64,000 bases of DNA from assembly GCF_003334315.1 (NCBI RefSeq), contig NZ_QOWR01000024.1, one strand, 5' to 3'. Shown piece by piece: positions 1 through 10,738 of the stretch. Position 1 is the first letter of the stretch; each line of letters opens with the position of its first letter. The notes beneath the pieces were generated by a model, which saw only the letters and a list, made by a program, of their open reading frames with translations, was not told where the DNA came from and made no database searches. This DNA comes from Escherichia coli (GTDB taxonomy: Bacteria; Pseudomonadota; Gammaproteobacteria; Enterobacterales; Enterobacteriaceae). The translations under genes and the position numbers were made by a program.

Positions 1-258
1 TTATCGTGAGAGTAATTCATCGGCACGTTAAATCATATCAGGCGTAATACCACAACCCTTAAGTTAGCGCTTATGGGGTAAAACCCCGCGTACTGAATTG
101 TGATGGTTTGGTCTCCTGCACCCTTTTTTAATTTATATTGTTTATGTGAATATTATGCCTATGTTTATTATTCATATATATTACGGATGAAAATTATTTG
201 ATTATTCATAATGTAAATATTTTATTGAATGATATATATCACAGATAATTTTTAATAT
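1..258. promoter_or_regulatory. AT-rich region upstream of cas3, probable cas3 promoter and nucleoid-protein (H-NS-type) silencing target
   Basis: Bases 120-258 are very AT-rich (runs of tttatt/atatat) directly before the cas3 ATG at 259; AT-rich tracts are typical H-NS targets and cas promoters are known to be H-NS silenced in E. coli. Confidence 0.4.
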
Positions 259-2958
259 ATGCGTAAATATCCTTTAAGTTTACTGAAGGATAAAAATATT
301 GTGACTTTTTTTGATTTCTGGGGAAAAACCCGACGCGGCGAGAAAGACGGGGGCGACGACTATCACCTTCTTTGCTGGCATTCGCTGGATGTAGCCGCGA
401 TGGGCTATTTAATGGTTAAAAGAAATTGCTTCGGGCTGGCTGATTATTTTCGTCAATTAGGGATTTCTGACAAGGAACAGGCGGCTCAATTTTTCGCCTG
501 GTTGCTGTGCTGGCACGATATTGGAAAATTTGCCCGCTCTTTTCAACAACTTTACCTGCCCCCTGAACTCAAGATTCAGGAAGGTGCCAGAAAAAATTAC
601 GAAAAAATCTCTCATTCAACGCTGGGCTACTGGTTGTGGAATCATTATTTAAGTGAATGTCAGGAGTTACTTCCTTCATCTTCGCTCTCTCCGCGCAAAC
701 TTAGGCGAGTGATAGAAATGTGGATGCCCGTGACGACAGGGCATCATGGTCGGCCCCCTGATCGTATGGATGAATTGGATAATTTTCTGCCTGAAGACAA
801 AGCTGCAGCACGAGATTTTCTCCTTGAAATCAAACCACTGTTTCCGCTCATAGAGATCCCCGCATTCTGGGATGATGATGAGGGCATTGAACTTATAAAA
901 CACCTTTCCTGGTATATCTCTGCAACCGTCGTGCTCGCAGACTGGACGGGTTCGTCAACGCGATTTTTTCCACGCGTCGCACACCCAATGGATATTAAAG
1001 GTTACTGGCAGAAAACTTTAATTCAGGCTCAAAACGCCTTAACCGTCTTTCCTCTAAAAGCAAAAGTCGCGCCTTTCAACGGAATTAATACGCTGTTTCC
1101 TTTTATTGAGAATCCGACACCGTTACAGCAAAAGGTGCTGGATCTGGATATCAGCCAGCAAGGACCGCAGTTATTTATTCTGGAAGATGTGACTGGCGCA
1201 GGTAAAACAGAAGCGGCGCTTATCCTGGCGCACAGGTTGATAGCTGCGGGGAAAGCTCAGGGGCTGTTTTTTGGTCTGCCAACAATGGCAACGGCCAATG
1301 CCATGTACGATCGGCTGGTCAAAACCTGGCTTGCTTTCTATTCGCCAGAATCCCGCCCCAGCCTGGTGCTGGCACATAGTGCCCGCACATTAATGGACCG
1401 CTTTAATGAATCACTCTGGTCTGGTGATTTAGTCGGGTCAGAAGAACCGGATGAACAAACGTTCAGTCAGGGATGTGCGGCCTGGTTTGCCGACAGTAAC
1501 AAGAAGGCGTTGCTGGCTGAAATTGGCGTCGGCACGCTGGATCAGGCGATGATGGCGGTGATGCCGTTCAAACATAATAATCTGCGGCTTCTGGGGCTGA
1601 GTAACAAAATCCTGCTGGCTGATGAGATCCACGCCTGTGACGCTTACATGTCGTGCATTCTTGAAGGGTTGATCGAGCGGCAGGCGCGTGGCGGAAACAG
1701 CGTTATTTTGCTTTCTGCCACGTTATCTCAACAGCAGCGCGACAAACTCGTCGCTGCCTTTGCGCGGGGTACAGAGGGCCAGCAAGAAGCTCCGTTCCTG
1801 GAAAAGGATGATTACCCCTGGCTGACGCATGTCACGAAATCCGATGTGAACTCACACCGGGTAGCGACGCGCAAAGACGTTGAGCGTAGCGTCAGCGTGG
1901 GTTGGCTTCATAGTGAACAAGAGTGTATTGCGCGTATCGAATCGGCGGTAAGTCAGGGGAAATGCATCGCCTGGATCCGGAATTCTGTCGATGACGCTAT
2001 TAAGGTTCATCGTCAGCTGCTTGCCCGCGGCGTCATTCCTGCTTCCAGCCTTTCACTTTTTCATAGCCGCTTTGCTTTTAGCGATCGCCAGCGAATTGAA
2101 ACGGAAACGCTGGCACGCTTTGGTAAATATTGTAGTTTACAGAGAGCGTCGCAAGTCATTGTTTGTACACAAGTAATTGAGCAAAGCGTGGATATTGACC
2201 TGGACGAAATGATCTCCGACCTGGCCCCTGTTGATTTGCTGATTCAGCGAGCAGGACGATTACAGCGGCATATCCGCGATATTAATGGTCAGTTAAAGCG
2301 TGACGGAAAGGACGAGCGTTCCCCCCCTGAATTGCTGATTCTGGCTCCCGTCTGGGACGACTCTCCTGGCGACGAATGGTTTGGCAGTGCCATGCGTAAC
2401 AGTGCATTTGTCTATCCCGATCATGGGCGAATCTGGCTGACGCAGCGTGTGCTGCGTGAGCAAGGTGCTATTCAGATGCCACACGCAGCCCGGCTTCTTA
2501 TTGAATCCGTCTACGGTGAGGACGTGGTAATGCCGGAAGGATTTGCCCGCAGCGAGCAGGAGCAAGTGGGCAAATATTACTGTGATCGCGCAATGGCTAA
2601 AAAGTTTGTGCTGAACTTCAGGCCCGGCTATGCCGCCAATATCAACGATTACCTCCCGGAAAAACTGTCGACACGTCTGGCTGAGGAGTCTGTTTCCCTG
2701 TGGCTGGCTACCTGTATTGACGGTGTGGTGAAGCCTTATGCCACCGGTGCTCACGCATGGGAAATGAGCGTTGTCAGAGTGCGCCGAAGCTGGTGGAAAA
2801 AACATCGGGATGAGTTTTCTTTACTGGAGGGAGAGGCGTTCAGGCTGTGGTGCATTGAACAGCGACAAGATCCGGAGATGGCAAACGTGATTTTAGTCAA
2901 CGATGACGAAAGTTGCGGGTATTCGGCTACGGAAGGATTGATTGGCAAGGTTGGTTGA
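259..2958 (+). CDS. cas3: Cas3 HD-nuclease/SF2 helicase, type I-E (899 aa)
   Basis: N-terminal HD motifs (HLLCWHSLDVAAMG, CWHDIGKF), helicase Walker A (TGAGKTEAA) and DEIH box (LLADEIHACD); lies directly upstream of the Cascade genes. Confidence 0.93.
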   Translation: MRKYPLSLLKDKNIVTFFDFWGKTRRGEKDGGDDYHLLCWHSLDVAAMGYLMVKRNCFGLADYFRQLGISDKEQAAQFFAWLLCWHDIGKFARSFQQLYLPPELKIQEGARKNYEKISHSTLGYWLWNHYLSECQELLPSSSLSPRKLRRVIEMWMPVTTGHHGRPPDRMDELDNFLPEDKAAARDFLLEIKPLFPLIEIPAFWDDDEGIELIKHLSWYISATVVLADWTGSSTRFFPRVAHPMDIKGYWQKTLIQAQNALTVFPLKAKVAPFNGINTLFPFIENPTPLQQKVLDLDISQQGPQLFILEDVTGAGKTEAALILAHRLIAAGKAQGLFFGLPTMATANAMYDRLVKTWLAFYSPESRPSLVLAHSARTLMDRFNESLWSGDLVGSEEPDEQTFSQGCAAWFADSNKKALLAEIGVGTLDQAMMAVMPFKHNNLRLLGLSNKILLADEIHACDAYMSCILEGLIERQARGGNSVILLSATLSQQQRDKLVAAFARGTEGQQEAPFLEKDDYPWLTHVTKSDVNSHRVATRKDVERSVSVGWLHSEQECIARIESAVSQGKCIAWIRNSVDDAIKVHRQLLARGVIPASSLSLFHSRFAFSDRQRIETETLARFGKYCSLQRASQVIVCTQVIEQSVDIDLDEMISDLAPVDLLIQRAGRLQRHIRDINGQLKRDGKDERSPPELLILAPVWDDSPGDEWFGSAMRNSAFVYPDHGRIWLTQRVLREQGAIQMPHAARLLIESVYGEDVVMPEGFARSEQEQVGKYYCDRAMAKKFVLNFRPGYAANINDYLPEKLSTRLAEESVSLWLATCIDGVVKPYATGAHAWEMSVVRVRRSWWKKHRDEFSLLEGEAFRLWCIEQRQDPEMANVILVNDDESCGYSATEGLIGKVG

Positions 2959-3055
2959 GATGTCTGCGACAGGACTCTCTGAATAGTTGATACACCGAAA
3001 AGGATGGAAAGATGGACAACCGACCTGGGATGGTCTTTTTTACGAGAGGATGCGT

Positions 3056-4618
3056 ATGAACTCGTTTTCACTTCTGACAACCCCGTGGTTGCCCGTTCGT
3101 TTTAAAGACGGAACGACAGGCAAACTGGCGCCAGTCGATCTGGCGGATGAAAATGTTGTCGATATTTCTGCGCCGCGGGCAGATCTCCAGGGTGCGGTAT
3201 GGCAGTTTTTGCTGGGGCTACTACAAACCAGCTTCGCGCCAAAAGATCATCGTCGTTGGGATGATATCTGGGAAGACGGACTGGAAGCTGAAAAGCTACG
3301 GGAAGCATTGCAGTCATTAGAACATGCTTTCCAGTTTGGGCCAGATTCCCCTTCATTTATGCAGGATTTCGAGGCGCTCACCGGAGATAAAGTTCCGGTC
3401 GCTTCGCTACTGCCTGAGATTCCCGGCGCTCAAACAACGAAGTTTAATAAAGACCACTTTATCAAGCGTGGTGTAACGGAATACCTGTGCCCACATTGTT
3501 CTGCGTTAGCTCTGTTCTCCCTACAGTTGAATGCGCCGTCAGGTGGCAAAGGCTACCGCACCGGTTTACGCGGCGGTGGGCCGATGACCACTCTGATTGA
3601 ATTACAGGAATATCAGGGTAATCAACAAACTCCCTTGTGGCGCAAACTGTGGATCAATGTCATGCCGCAGGATGAAGCCGATTTACCGCTACCCAAAAAA
3701 TTTGACGATCTGGTTTTCCCCTGGCTTGGCCCGACGCGCACCAGCGAACTGGCCGGTGCGGTGGTAACCGATGAGCAGGTCAATAAACTCCAGGCGTACT
3801 GGGGAATGCCTCGCCGTATTCGTATTGATTTTAATACCACGACAGTCGGCAACTGCGATATTTGCGGTGAGCAGAGCGACGCGCTCCTGAGCCTGATGAC
3901 GACCAAAAATTACGGTGCGAATTATGCCATGTGGCAGCATCCCTTAACGCCTTACCGTGTACCACTTAAAGAGGGTGGCGAGTTTTACTCCGTTAAACCA
4001 CAACCGGGCGGTTTAATCTGGCGTGACTGGTTAGGCCTTATCGAAACGGGTAAATCAGAAAACAATACGGAACTTCCCGCGCTGGTGGTGAAACTCTTCA
4101 ATGCCAGCAGTCTCAAGCAGGCAAAAGTGGGCCTGTGGGGATTTGGCTATGATTTCGACAACATGAAAGCGCGCTGTTGGTACGAACACCATTTCCCGCT
4201 GCTGCTCGATAAAAAAGAAGGTCAGATACCGAAGCTGCGGCTGGCTGCGCAAACAGCTTCACGGATTCTAAGTCTGTTACGGAGTGCATTGAAAGAAGCA
4301 TGGTTCTCCGATCCAAAAGGTGCAAGGGGTGATTTTAGTTTTGTGGATATCGACTTCTGGAACAAAACTCAGCATCGCTTTCTGAGGTTAGTGCGCCAAA
4401 TTGAAGAAGGTCAGGATGCGGATGAATTACTCAGCAAATGGAATAAGGAAATTTGGTTATTCGCACGTCAGGATTTTGACGAGCGTGTATTCACCAATCC
4501 TTATGAGCCCGTTGATCTGGAACGCGTCATGACCGCGCGCAAGAAATATTTTACAACATCGGCGGAGAAGCAAAGTGCTAAAGCCGCCAGGGAGAAAAAG
4601 CAGGAGGCTGCTGAATGA
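3056..4618 (+). CDS. cse1: Cse1 (CasA) Cascade large subunit, about 520 aa
   Basis: First gene after cas3 in a I-E operon; start placed at MNSFSLLTTPWLPVRF by analogy with the CasA N-terminus (MNLLIDNWIPVRP) and a GAGG RBS at 3046-3049. The ORF track begins earlier at 2987, and an ATG at 3050 is an alternative. Confidence 0.8.
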   Translation: MNSFSLLTTPWLPVRFKDGTTGKLAPVDLADENVVDISAPRADLQGAVWQFLLGLLQTSFAPKDHRRWDDIWEDGLEAEKLREALQSLEHAFQFGPDSPSFMQDFEALTGDKVPVASLLPEIPGAQTTKFNKDHFIKRGVTEYLCPHCSALALFSLQLNAPSGGKGYRTGLRGGGPMTTLIELQEYQGNQQTPLWRKLWINVMPQDEADLPLPKKFDDLVFPWLGPTRTSELAGAVVTDEQVNKLQAYWGMPRRIRIDFNTTTVGNCDICGEQSDALLSLMTTKNYGANYAMWQHPLTPYRVPLKEGGEFYSVKPQPGGLIWRDWLGLIETGKSENNTELPALVVKLFNASSLKQAKVGLWGFGYDFDNMKARCWYEHHFPLLLDKKEGQIPKLRLAAQTASRILSLLRSALKEAWFSDPKGARGDFSFVDIDFWNKTQHRFLRLVRQIEEGQDADELLSKWNKEIWLFARQDFDERVFTNPYEPVDLERVMTARKKYFTTSAEKQSAKAAREKKQEAAE

Positions 4619-5151
4619 GTATTGTAAAAGAGGAGCACAAAGCCACGCTGCGCAAATGGCACGAGGAATTGCAGGAGAAACGTGGCGAACGTGCCAGTCT
4701 GCGGCGTAGTACGACGGTTAATGATGTTTGTCTGACGGATGGATTTCGCCTGTTTCTGAAGAACAGACAAATAAAGTGGCAGGATGAACCTGAGTGGCGT
4801 ATCACCGCACTGGCGCTGATAGCCGCAGTTAGCGCCAATGTTAAAGCTATTGATGAACGGCAGCCTTTTGCCGCGCAGCTGGCGGCGGTAATGTCAAAGG
4901 GGCGTTTTACTCGTCTGTCGGCAGTAAAAACACCGGATGAATTACTGCGCCAGTTACGCCGCGCAGTCAGATTATTAAACGGTTCCGTCAATCTTGACTC
5001 TCTGGCAGAGGGGGTCTTCCGTTGGTGCCAGGAGAGCGACGACCTGCTCAATCATCACCGCCGCCAGCAGCGGCCAACCGAATTTATCCGTATCCGCTGG
5101 GCGCTGGAATATTACCAGGCTGGCGACGCCGATAACGAACAAAATCAATAA
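4615..5151 (+). CDS. cse2: Cse2 (CasB) Cascade small subunit (178 aa)
   Basis: Small ORF in the Cse2 position; start overlaps the cse1 stop (ATGA-type coupling). Confidence 0.85.
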   Translation: MSIVKEEHKATLRKWHEELQEKRGERASLRRSTTVNDVCLTDGFRLFLKNRQIKWQDEPEWRITALALIAAVSANVKAIDERQPFAAQLAAVMSKGRFTRLSAVKTPDELLRQLRRAVRLLNGSVNLDSLAEGVFRWCQESDDLLNHHRRQQRPTEFIRIRWALEYYQAGDADNEQNQ

Positions 5152-5162
5152 AGGACTATCTC

Positions 5163-6218
5163 ATGACAACATTTATTCAGCTTCATTTGTTAACCGCTTA
5201 CCCTGCTGCCAACCTTAACCGTGATGATACCGGTGCGCCAAAAACTGTGGTGCTGGGTGGAGCAACGCGTCTGCGCGTTTCCTCGCAAAGTCTGAAATGT
5301 GCGTGGCGCACTTCTGCACTTTTTGAACAGGCACTGGCGGGCCATATTGGTATTCGCAGTGGGCGTATTGCGCGTGAGGCGGCAACTATCCTGATTGAGA
5401 AAGGAATCGAAGAGAAAAAAGCCATCGAATGGGCGGCAAAAATTGCAGATTATCTTGGGAAAGCTAAAAACGACAAAAAACCAAAAGATCCGCTCACTAA
5501 CGCCGAAACTGAACAGTTAGTCCATATCAGCCCGGCAGAATTTGACGCCGTAAAAGTGCTGGCCCATCAGCTTGCAGAAGAAAAGCGCGCGCCAAAAGAG
5601 GAAGATCTCGCGTTGTTACGCAAAGACCGTATGGCGGTAGATATTGCCATGTTTGGTCGTATGCTGGCGAATAAACCCGAGTTTAATGTTGAAGCCGCCT
5701 GCCAGGTAGCGCACGCATTTGGTGTCAGTGAAATGATTGTCGAAGATGATTTTTTCACCGCCGTTGATGATTTGCGCCAGGCTTCTGAAGATGCCGGTGC
5801 CGGGCATCTTGGTGAAACCGGATTCGGTTCTGCACTGTTCTACACCTATATCTGCATTGATAAAGATCTGCTGGTCGAAAACCTTGGCGGTGACGAAGCG
5901 TTAGCTAATCAGACCATACGTGCCTTTACGGAAGCCGCACTTAAAGTCTCCCCAACCGGCAAACAGAACAGCTTTGCCAGCCGTGCCTACGCCTCCTGGG
6001 CGCTGGCAGAAAAAGGCACCGATCAACCGCGTTCTCTGGCGGCAGCTTTCTATGAACCCATTAATGGCACCCGTCAGTTAGAGGTGGCGGTGCAGCGTAT
6101 TACAACTCTTCGCGAAAATATGAATACGGTCTACGAACAGAAGACCGATTACGCAAGTTTTGACGTGATGAACAAACAGGGAAGCATGAAGGACGTGCTG
6201 GACTTTATCTGCGCGTAA
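5163..6218 (+). CDS. cas7: Cas7e (CasC) Cascade backbone subunit (351 aa)
   Basis: N-terminus MTTFIQLHLLTAYPAANLNRDDTGAPK matches the Cas7e/CasC N-terminal signature (HLL..YP..NLNRDDTG) and the gene is in the expected position. Confidence 0.9.
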   Translation: MTTFIQLHLLTAYPAANLNRDDTGAPKTVVLGGATRLRVSSQSLKCAWRTSALFEQALAGHIGIRSGRIAREAATILIEKGIEEKKAIEWAAKIADYLGKAKNDKKPKDPLTNAETEQLVHISPAEFDAVKVLAHQLAEEKRAPKEEDLALLRKDRMAVDIAMFGRMLANKPEFNVEAACQVAHAFGVSEMIVEDDFFTAVDDLRQASEDAGAGHLGETGFGSALFYTYICIDKDLLVENLGGDEALANQTIRAFTEAALKVSPTGKQNSFASRAYASWALAEKGTDQPRSLAAAFYEPINGTRQLEVAVQRITTLRENMNTVYEQKTDYASFDVMNKQGSMKDVLDFICA

Positions 6219-6228
6219 GGGGCGGCTT

Positions 6229-6975
6229 ATGAGCCAATATCTGATTTTTCAGCTTCATGGGCCGATGGCGTCCTGGGGTGTCGATGCTCCAGGTGAAGTT
6301 CGTCATACCCATGAACTTCCTTCGCGCTCAGCATTGCTGGGGCTACTGGCTGCCGGGGTAGGGATTCGGCGTGATGATACCGAACGCTTAAACGCGTTTA
6401 ATCGCCACTATTCACTGGTGGTTTGCGCCAGCCGTAACCCGCGCTGGGCACGGGATTATCACACGGTCCAGATGCCAAAAGAGGTGCGTAAAGCACGTTA
6501 TTTCAGCCGTCGCGAAGAGTTGAGCGACCCTGAGCTTTTGAGCGCGATTATCTCCCGGCGCGACTACTACACCGATGCCTGGTGGATGGTGGCGGTGGCA
6601 ACAACCCCCGATGCGCCTTACAGCCTCGAACAGTTGCAGGACGGTTTACGCCATCCGGTTTTTCCGCTTTATCTGGGGCGAAAAAGTCATCCGCTGGCGT
6701 TACCACTTGCGCCGTTACTGCTCGAAGGCAACGCGTCTGATGTCTTACGTAACGCATACCAACAGTATCAGGATCGTTTCCGCGAACTGAAAGTCTCACT
6801 CCCGAAACTTCAGGATGAATGCTGGTGGGAAGGGGAGCACGATGGTTTGGTCGCAAGCAAAATATTACGCCGCCGGGATGTTCCTTTAAATCGTCAGCAG
6901 TGGCTGTTTGGGGAACGCACCATCAATCAGGGGCCGTGGCTCAGCAAGGAGGAACCATGTACCTCTCAAGAATAA
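6229..6975 (+). CDS. cas5: Cas5e (CasD) Cascade subunit (248 aa)
   Basis: N-terminus MSQYLIFQLHGPMASWG resembles the Cas5e signature (MRSYLILRLAGPMQAWG); 3' end overlaps the cas6e start by 19 nt. Confidence 0.9.
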   Translation: MSQYLIFQLHGPMASWGVDAPGEVRHTHELPSRSALLGLLAAGVGIRRDDTERLNAFNRHYSLVVCASRNPRWARDYHTVQMPKEVRKARYFSRREELSDPELLSAIISRRDYYTDAWWMVAVATTPDAPYSLEQLQDGLRHPVFPLYLGRKSHPLALPLAPLLLEGNASDVLRNAYQQYQDRFRELKVSLPKLQDECWWEGEHDGLVASKILRRRDVPLNRQQWLFGERTINQGPWLSKEEPCTSQE

Positions 6976-7603
6976 CCTTACATACCGGCCAGCTTTCGCC
7001 TGCGCAGTTGCTGCATCTGGTGGATCGCGGTGAATATGTGATGCATCAGTGGTTGTGGGATCTCTTCCCTGGCGGCAAAGAAAGGCAATTTCTTTATCGT
7101 CGGGAAGAACTCCAGGGCGCGTTTCGCTTTTTTGTCCTCTCGCAGGAACGCCCGGCAGAAAGTGAAACTTTCACCATCGAATGCCGGTCATTTACGCCCG
7201 AGCTGAGTACCGGACAACAACTTTGTTTCAACCTGCGGGCGAATCCAACAATCTGTAAAGCGGGCAAGCGCCACGATCTGCTGATGGAGGCGAAACGGCA
7301 GGTGAGGGGACAGGCGGAAGGAAGTGATGTCTGGTTGCATCAACAACAGGCGGCGCTGGACTGGCTGGCAGCGCAGGGGGAAAGAAGTGGTTTTACACTA
7401 CTGGATACCTCGGTTGATGCCTACCGACAACAACAACTCCGGCGGGAAAACTCCTGGCAACTGATCCAGTTCAGTAGTGTGGATTATACGGGGATGCTTA
7501 CGGTCACCGATCCTGGGTTATTTCTGCAACGTCTCAGTCAGGGGTATGGCAAAAGCCGGGCGTTCGGTTGTGGTCTGATGCTGATCAAACCTGGAGCAGA
7601 GGC

Positions 7604-7607
<4 letters not shown>
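6957..7607 (+). CDS. cas6e: Cas6e (CasE) pre-crRNA endoribonuclease (216 aa)
   Basis: Start placed at the internal ATG at 6957 (MYLSRITLHTG), matching the CasE N-terminus MYLS; C-terminal GCGLM motif. The ORF track start at 6819 is an artificial 5' extension. Confidence 0.88.
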
Positions 7608-8817
<1,210 letters not shown>

Positions 8818-8912
8818 GTTATCCGTTCTTTAAAAATAAGGAAATGTTTTAATTTAGTTGGTAGATTGTTGATGCGGAATAAATTTGTTTAAAACAGTTA
8901 TGTATGCTTAGT
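8818..8912 (+). promoter_or_regulatory. CRISPR leader (AT-rich), contains the array promoter and probable IHF-bending region
   Basis: About 95 bp of AT-rich sequence between the cas2 stop and the first repeat, the standard I-E leader position. Confidence 0.75.
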
Positions 8913-9429
8913 GTGTTCCCCGCGCCAGCGGGGATAAACCGGAGCGTAGAGATTCTCGAAACCGATCCGGACGGTGTTCCCCGCGCCAGCGGGGATAAAC
9001 CGAATAAATAATAATCCAGTAGCCCCATGTATTAGTGTTCCCCGCGCCAGCGGGTATAAACCGGTAATAAAAAATATTCTATTTCTGCTGAATCAGTGTT
9101 CCCCGCGCCAGCGGGGATAAACCGCTTGCGAGCAAAAGATCCAGGCCGAGAAAGACGTGTTCCCCGCGCCAGCGGGGATAAACCGCGATAACCGCGTCAG
9201 TATTGGACAGGATATCAGTGTTCCCCGCGCCAGCGGGGATAAACCGAATCTATTGTGAATTTGAAATGGTCCAGCACTGTGTTCCCCGCGCCAGCGGGGA
9301 TAAACCGGGTAAAAACACGGTCTGAACCGACATTCATGTGTGTTCCCCGCGTCAGCGGGGATAAACCGGGCGCACTGGATGCGATGATGGATATCACTTG
9401 GAGTTCCCCGCCCCTGCGGTAGAACTCCC
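8913..9429 (+). CRISPR. Type I-E CRISPR array: 9 repeats of 29 bp (last one degenerate) and 8 spacers of 32 bp
   Basis: Repeat GTGTTCCCCGCGCCAGCGGGGATAAACCG at 8913, 8974, 9035, 9096, 9157, 9218, 9279, 9340 with a strict 61-bp period; repeat 3 has GGGTATAAACC, repeat 8 has GCGTCAGC; terminal degenerate repeat GAGTTCCCCGCCCCTGCGGTAGAACTCCC at 9401-9429. Spacers at 8942-8973, 9003-9034, 9064-9095, 9125-9156, 9186-9217, 9247-9278, 9308-9339, 9369-9400. Confidence 0.97.
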
Positions 9430-9449
9430 AACTCCCATTTTCATACCCA

Positions 9450-10487
9450 TCAAGACGCCTTCGCCAGCTCCTTCACCAGCGGTAGCATTATCCGCATAAC
9501 ATCACGGCAGCGACGTTCTATTCTTCCTGGAAGTGCCTTATCAATATGTTGTTGATTATCCAGTCTTACGTCATGCCAGCTATTTCCCGCAGGGAATGCA
9601 GCTGTTTTTGCGCGTTGCTGATAACCATCCTTATTCCCAAGATTCCAATTTGTTGCTTCTACCGAAAGTACGGCAATACCGGCTTTGTCGAAAACTTCGG
9701 CGTCATTACAACAGCCAGTACCCTTCGGATAATTTTTATTCAAACCCGGATTGGTCGTTGCGGCAATTCCATGACTACGCGCAATTGCCAGTGCCCTGTC
9801 GCGCGTTAATTTCCTTACTGCTTCAGGGGTTTTTACACCACTGTTGAAATACAATTTATCGCCAACAATTAAGTTATCGAGATTAATCACCAGCAGCGTA
9901 TTTTTCTTTTCGGTGTCACTCATCCGCTTGAGTAAATTCTCAGCGCCTAATTTCCCTTCCTCTTCACCGCTGGTCGCTACAAATCGAATACCATACTCGG
10001 TAGGCGTATTTTTCAGGCGTTCTGCCAATTCCAGCATGACACCTAAACCTGCGGCGTTATCATCCATTCCTTGTAACGTCAGCCCGCCGAGATTGGCATC
10101 GGCGTCAGCATCGCTCAGCGGGGCGTAAGTATCCAGATGCGCCATAATGATGATCTGCTGCGGCGCTTTGCCTTCATGAGCGGCAATCACCGTACTTCCC
10201 GTCACGTTATGCCAGCTCTTACGATTATCGCGGGCGGTATAAATATACCGACTATTAAATGTCCGAATATCACTGCGATAACCCATTTGCTGAAACTGTT
10301 GGCGAATATAATCGGCAGATAACATTTCTGCAGGAGTTCCGGTCATGCGTCCCGGAAAGAAAGTAGCAATATGTCGTGCCTGAGTATTAGCAAAATCGCC
10401 AGGTTTAGGTGACGAGGCGTGTACGGGGAGAATAAAGCATACGCCGAGCGCCAGGGCAGCGGTACGGTGGCGCAATGCGGAAAACAT
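9450..10487 (-). CDS. iap: Alkaline phosphatase isozyme conversion aminopeptidase Iap (345 aa)
   Basis: Signal peptide followed by an M28-type aminopeptidase sequence; the conserved neighbour of this CRISPR array in E. coli. Confidence 0.9.
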   Translation of the reverse strand: MFSALRHRTAALALGVCFILPVHASSPKPGDFANTQARHIATFFPGRMTGTPAEMLSADYIRQQFQQMGYRSDIRTFNSRYIYTARDNRKSWHNVTGSTVIAAHEGKAPQQIIIMAHLDTYAPLSDADADANLGGLTLQGMDDNAAGLGVMLELAERLKNTPTEYGIRFVATSGEEEGKLGAENLLKRMSDTEKKNTLLVINLDNLIVGDKLYFNSGVKTPEAVRKLTRDRALAIARSHGIAATTNPGLNKNYPKGTGCCNDAEVFDKAGIAVLSVEATNWNLGNKDGYQQRAKTAAFPAGNSWHDVRLDNQQHIDKALPGRIERRCRDVMRIMLPLVKELAKAS

Positions 10488-10738
10488 AGTGAGTCCTTAA
10501 ATACCATGCAAATTTTTTTACCGCCATAGTATGAAACTGCCGCTGCGCTAAAACAATTTCAAATCTTCCTAAACGCCCGAAATCCGGTGCCTTAAGCACT
10601 TTTTGATATTAGCTTTGCCAAATCGTTATTCCGTTAAGGAACTACTCATTCTAATTGGTAATTTCATTCGTTCTCTTACGCTCCCTATAGTCGAAACATC
10701 TGATGGCAAGAAAATAGCGGTATTGCAAAGGAACGGTT

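Noticed and set aside
2987-3055. N-terminal extensions in the supplied ORF track (cse1, cas6e, cas1, surE, rpoS, ygbI, fhlA, hypC, hypA, hycE, ascB, ascG, hydN, hypF, norR, mltB)
   Set aside because: In each case a downstream start reproduces the conserved protein N-terminus and/or has a better RBS, and for norR the extension would run through the NorR enhancer; the track simply reports the longest ORF.
9093-9431. Minus-strand ORFs of 112 aa and 60 aa (9093-9431, 9215-9397) overlapping the CRISPR array
   Set aside because: Their translations are reiterations of repeat-derived peptides (VYPRWRGEH, FIPAGAGNT); they are artefacts of translating the periodic array, not genes.
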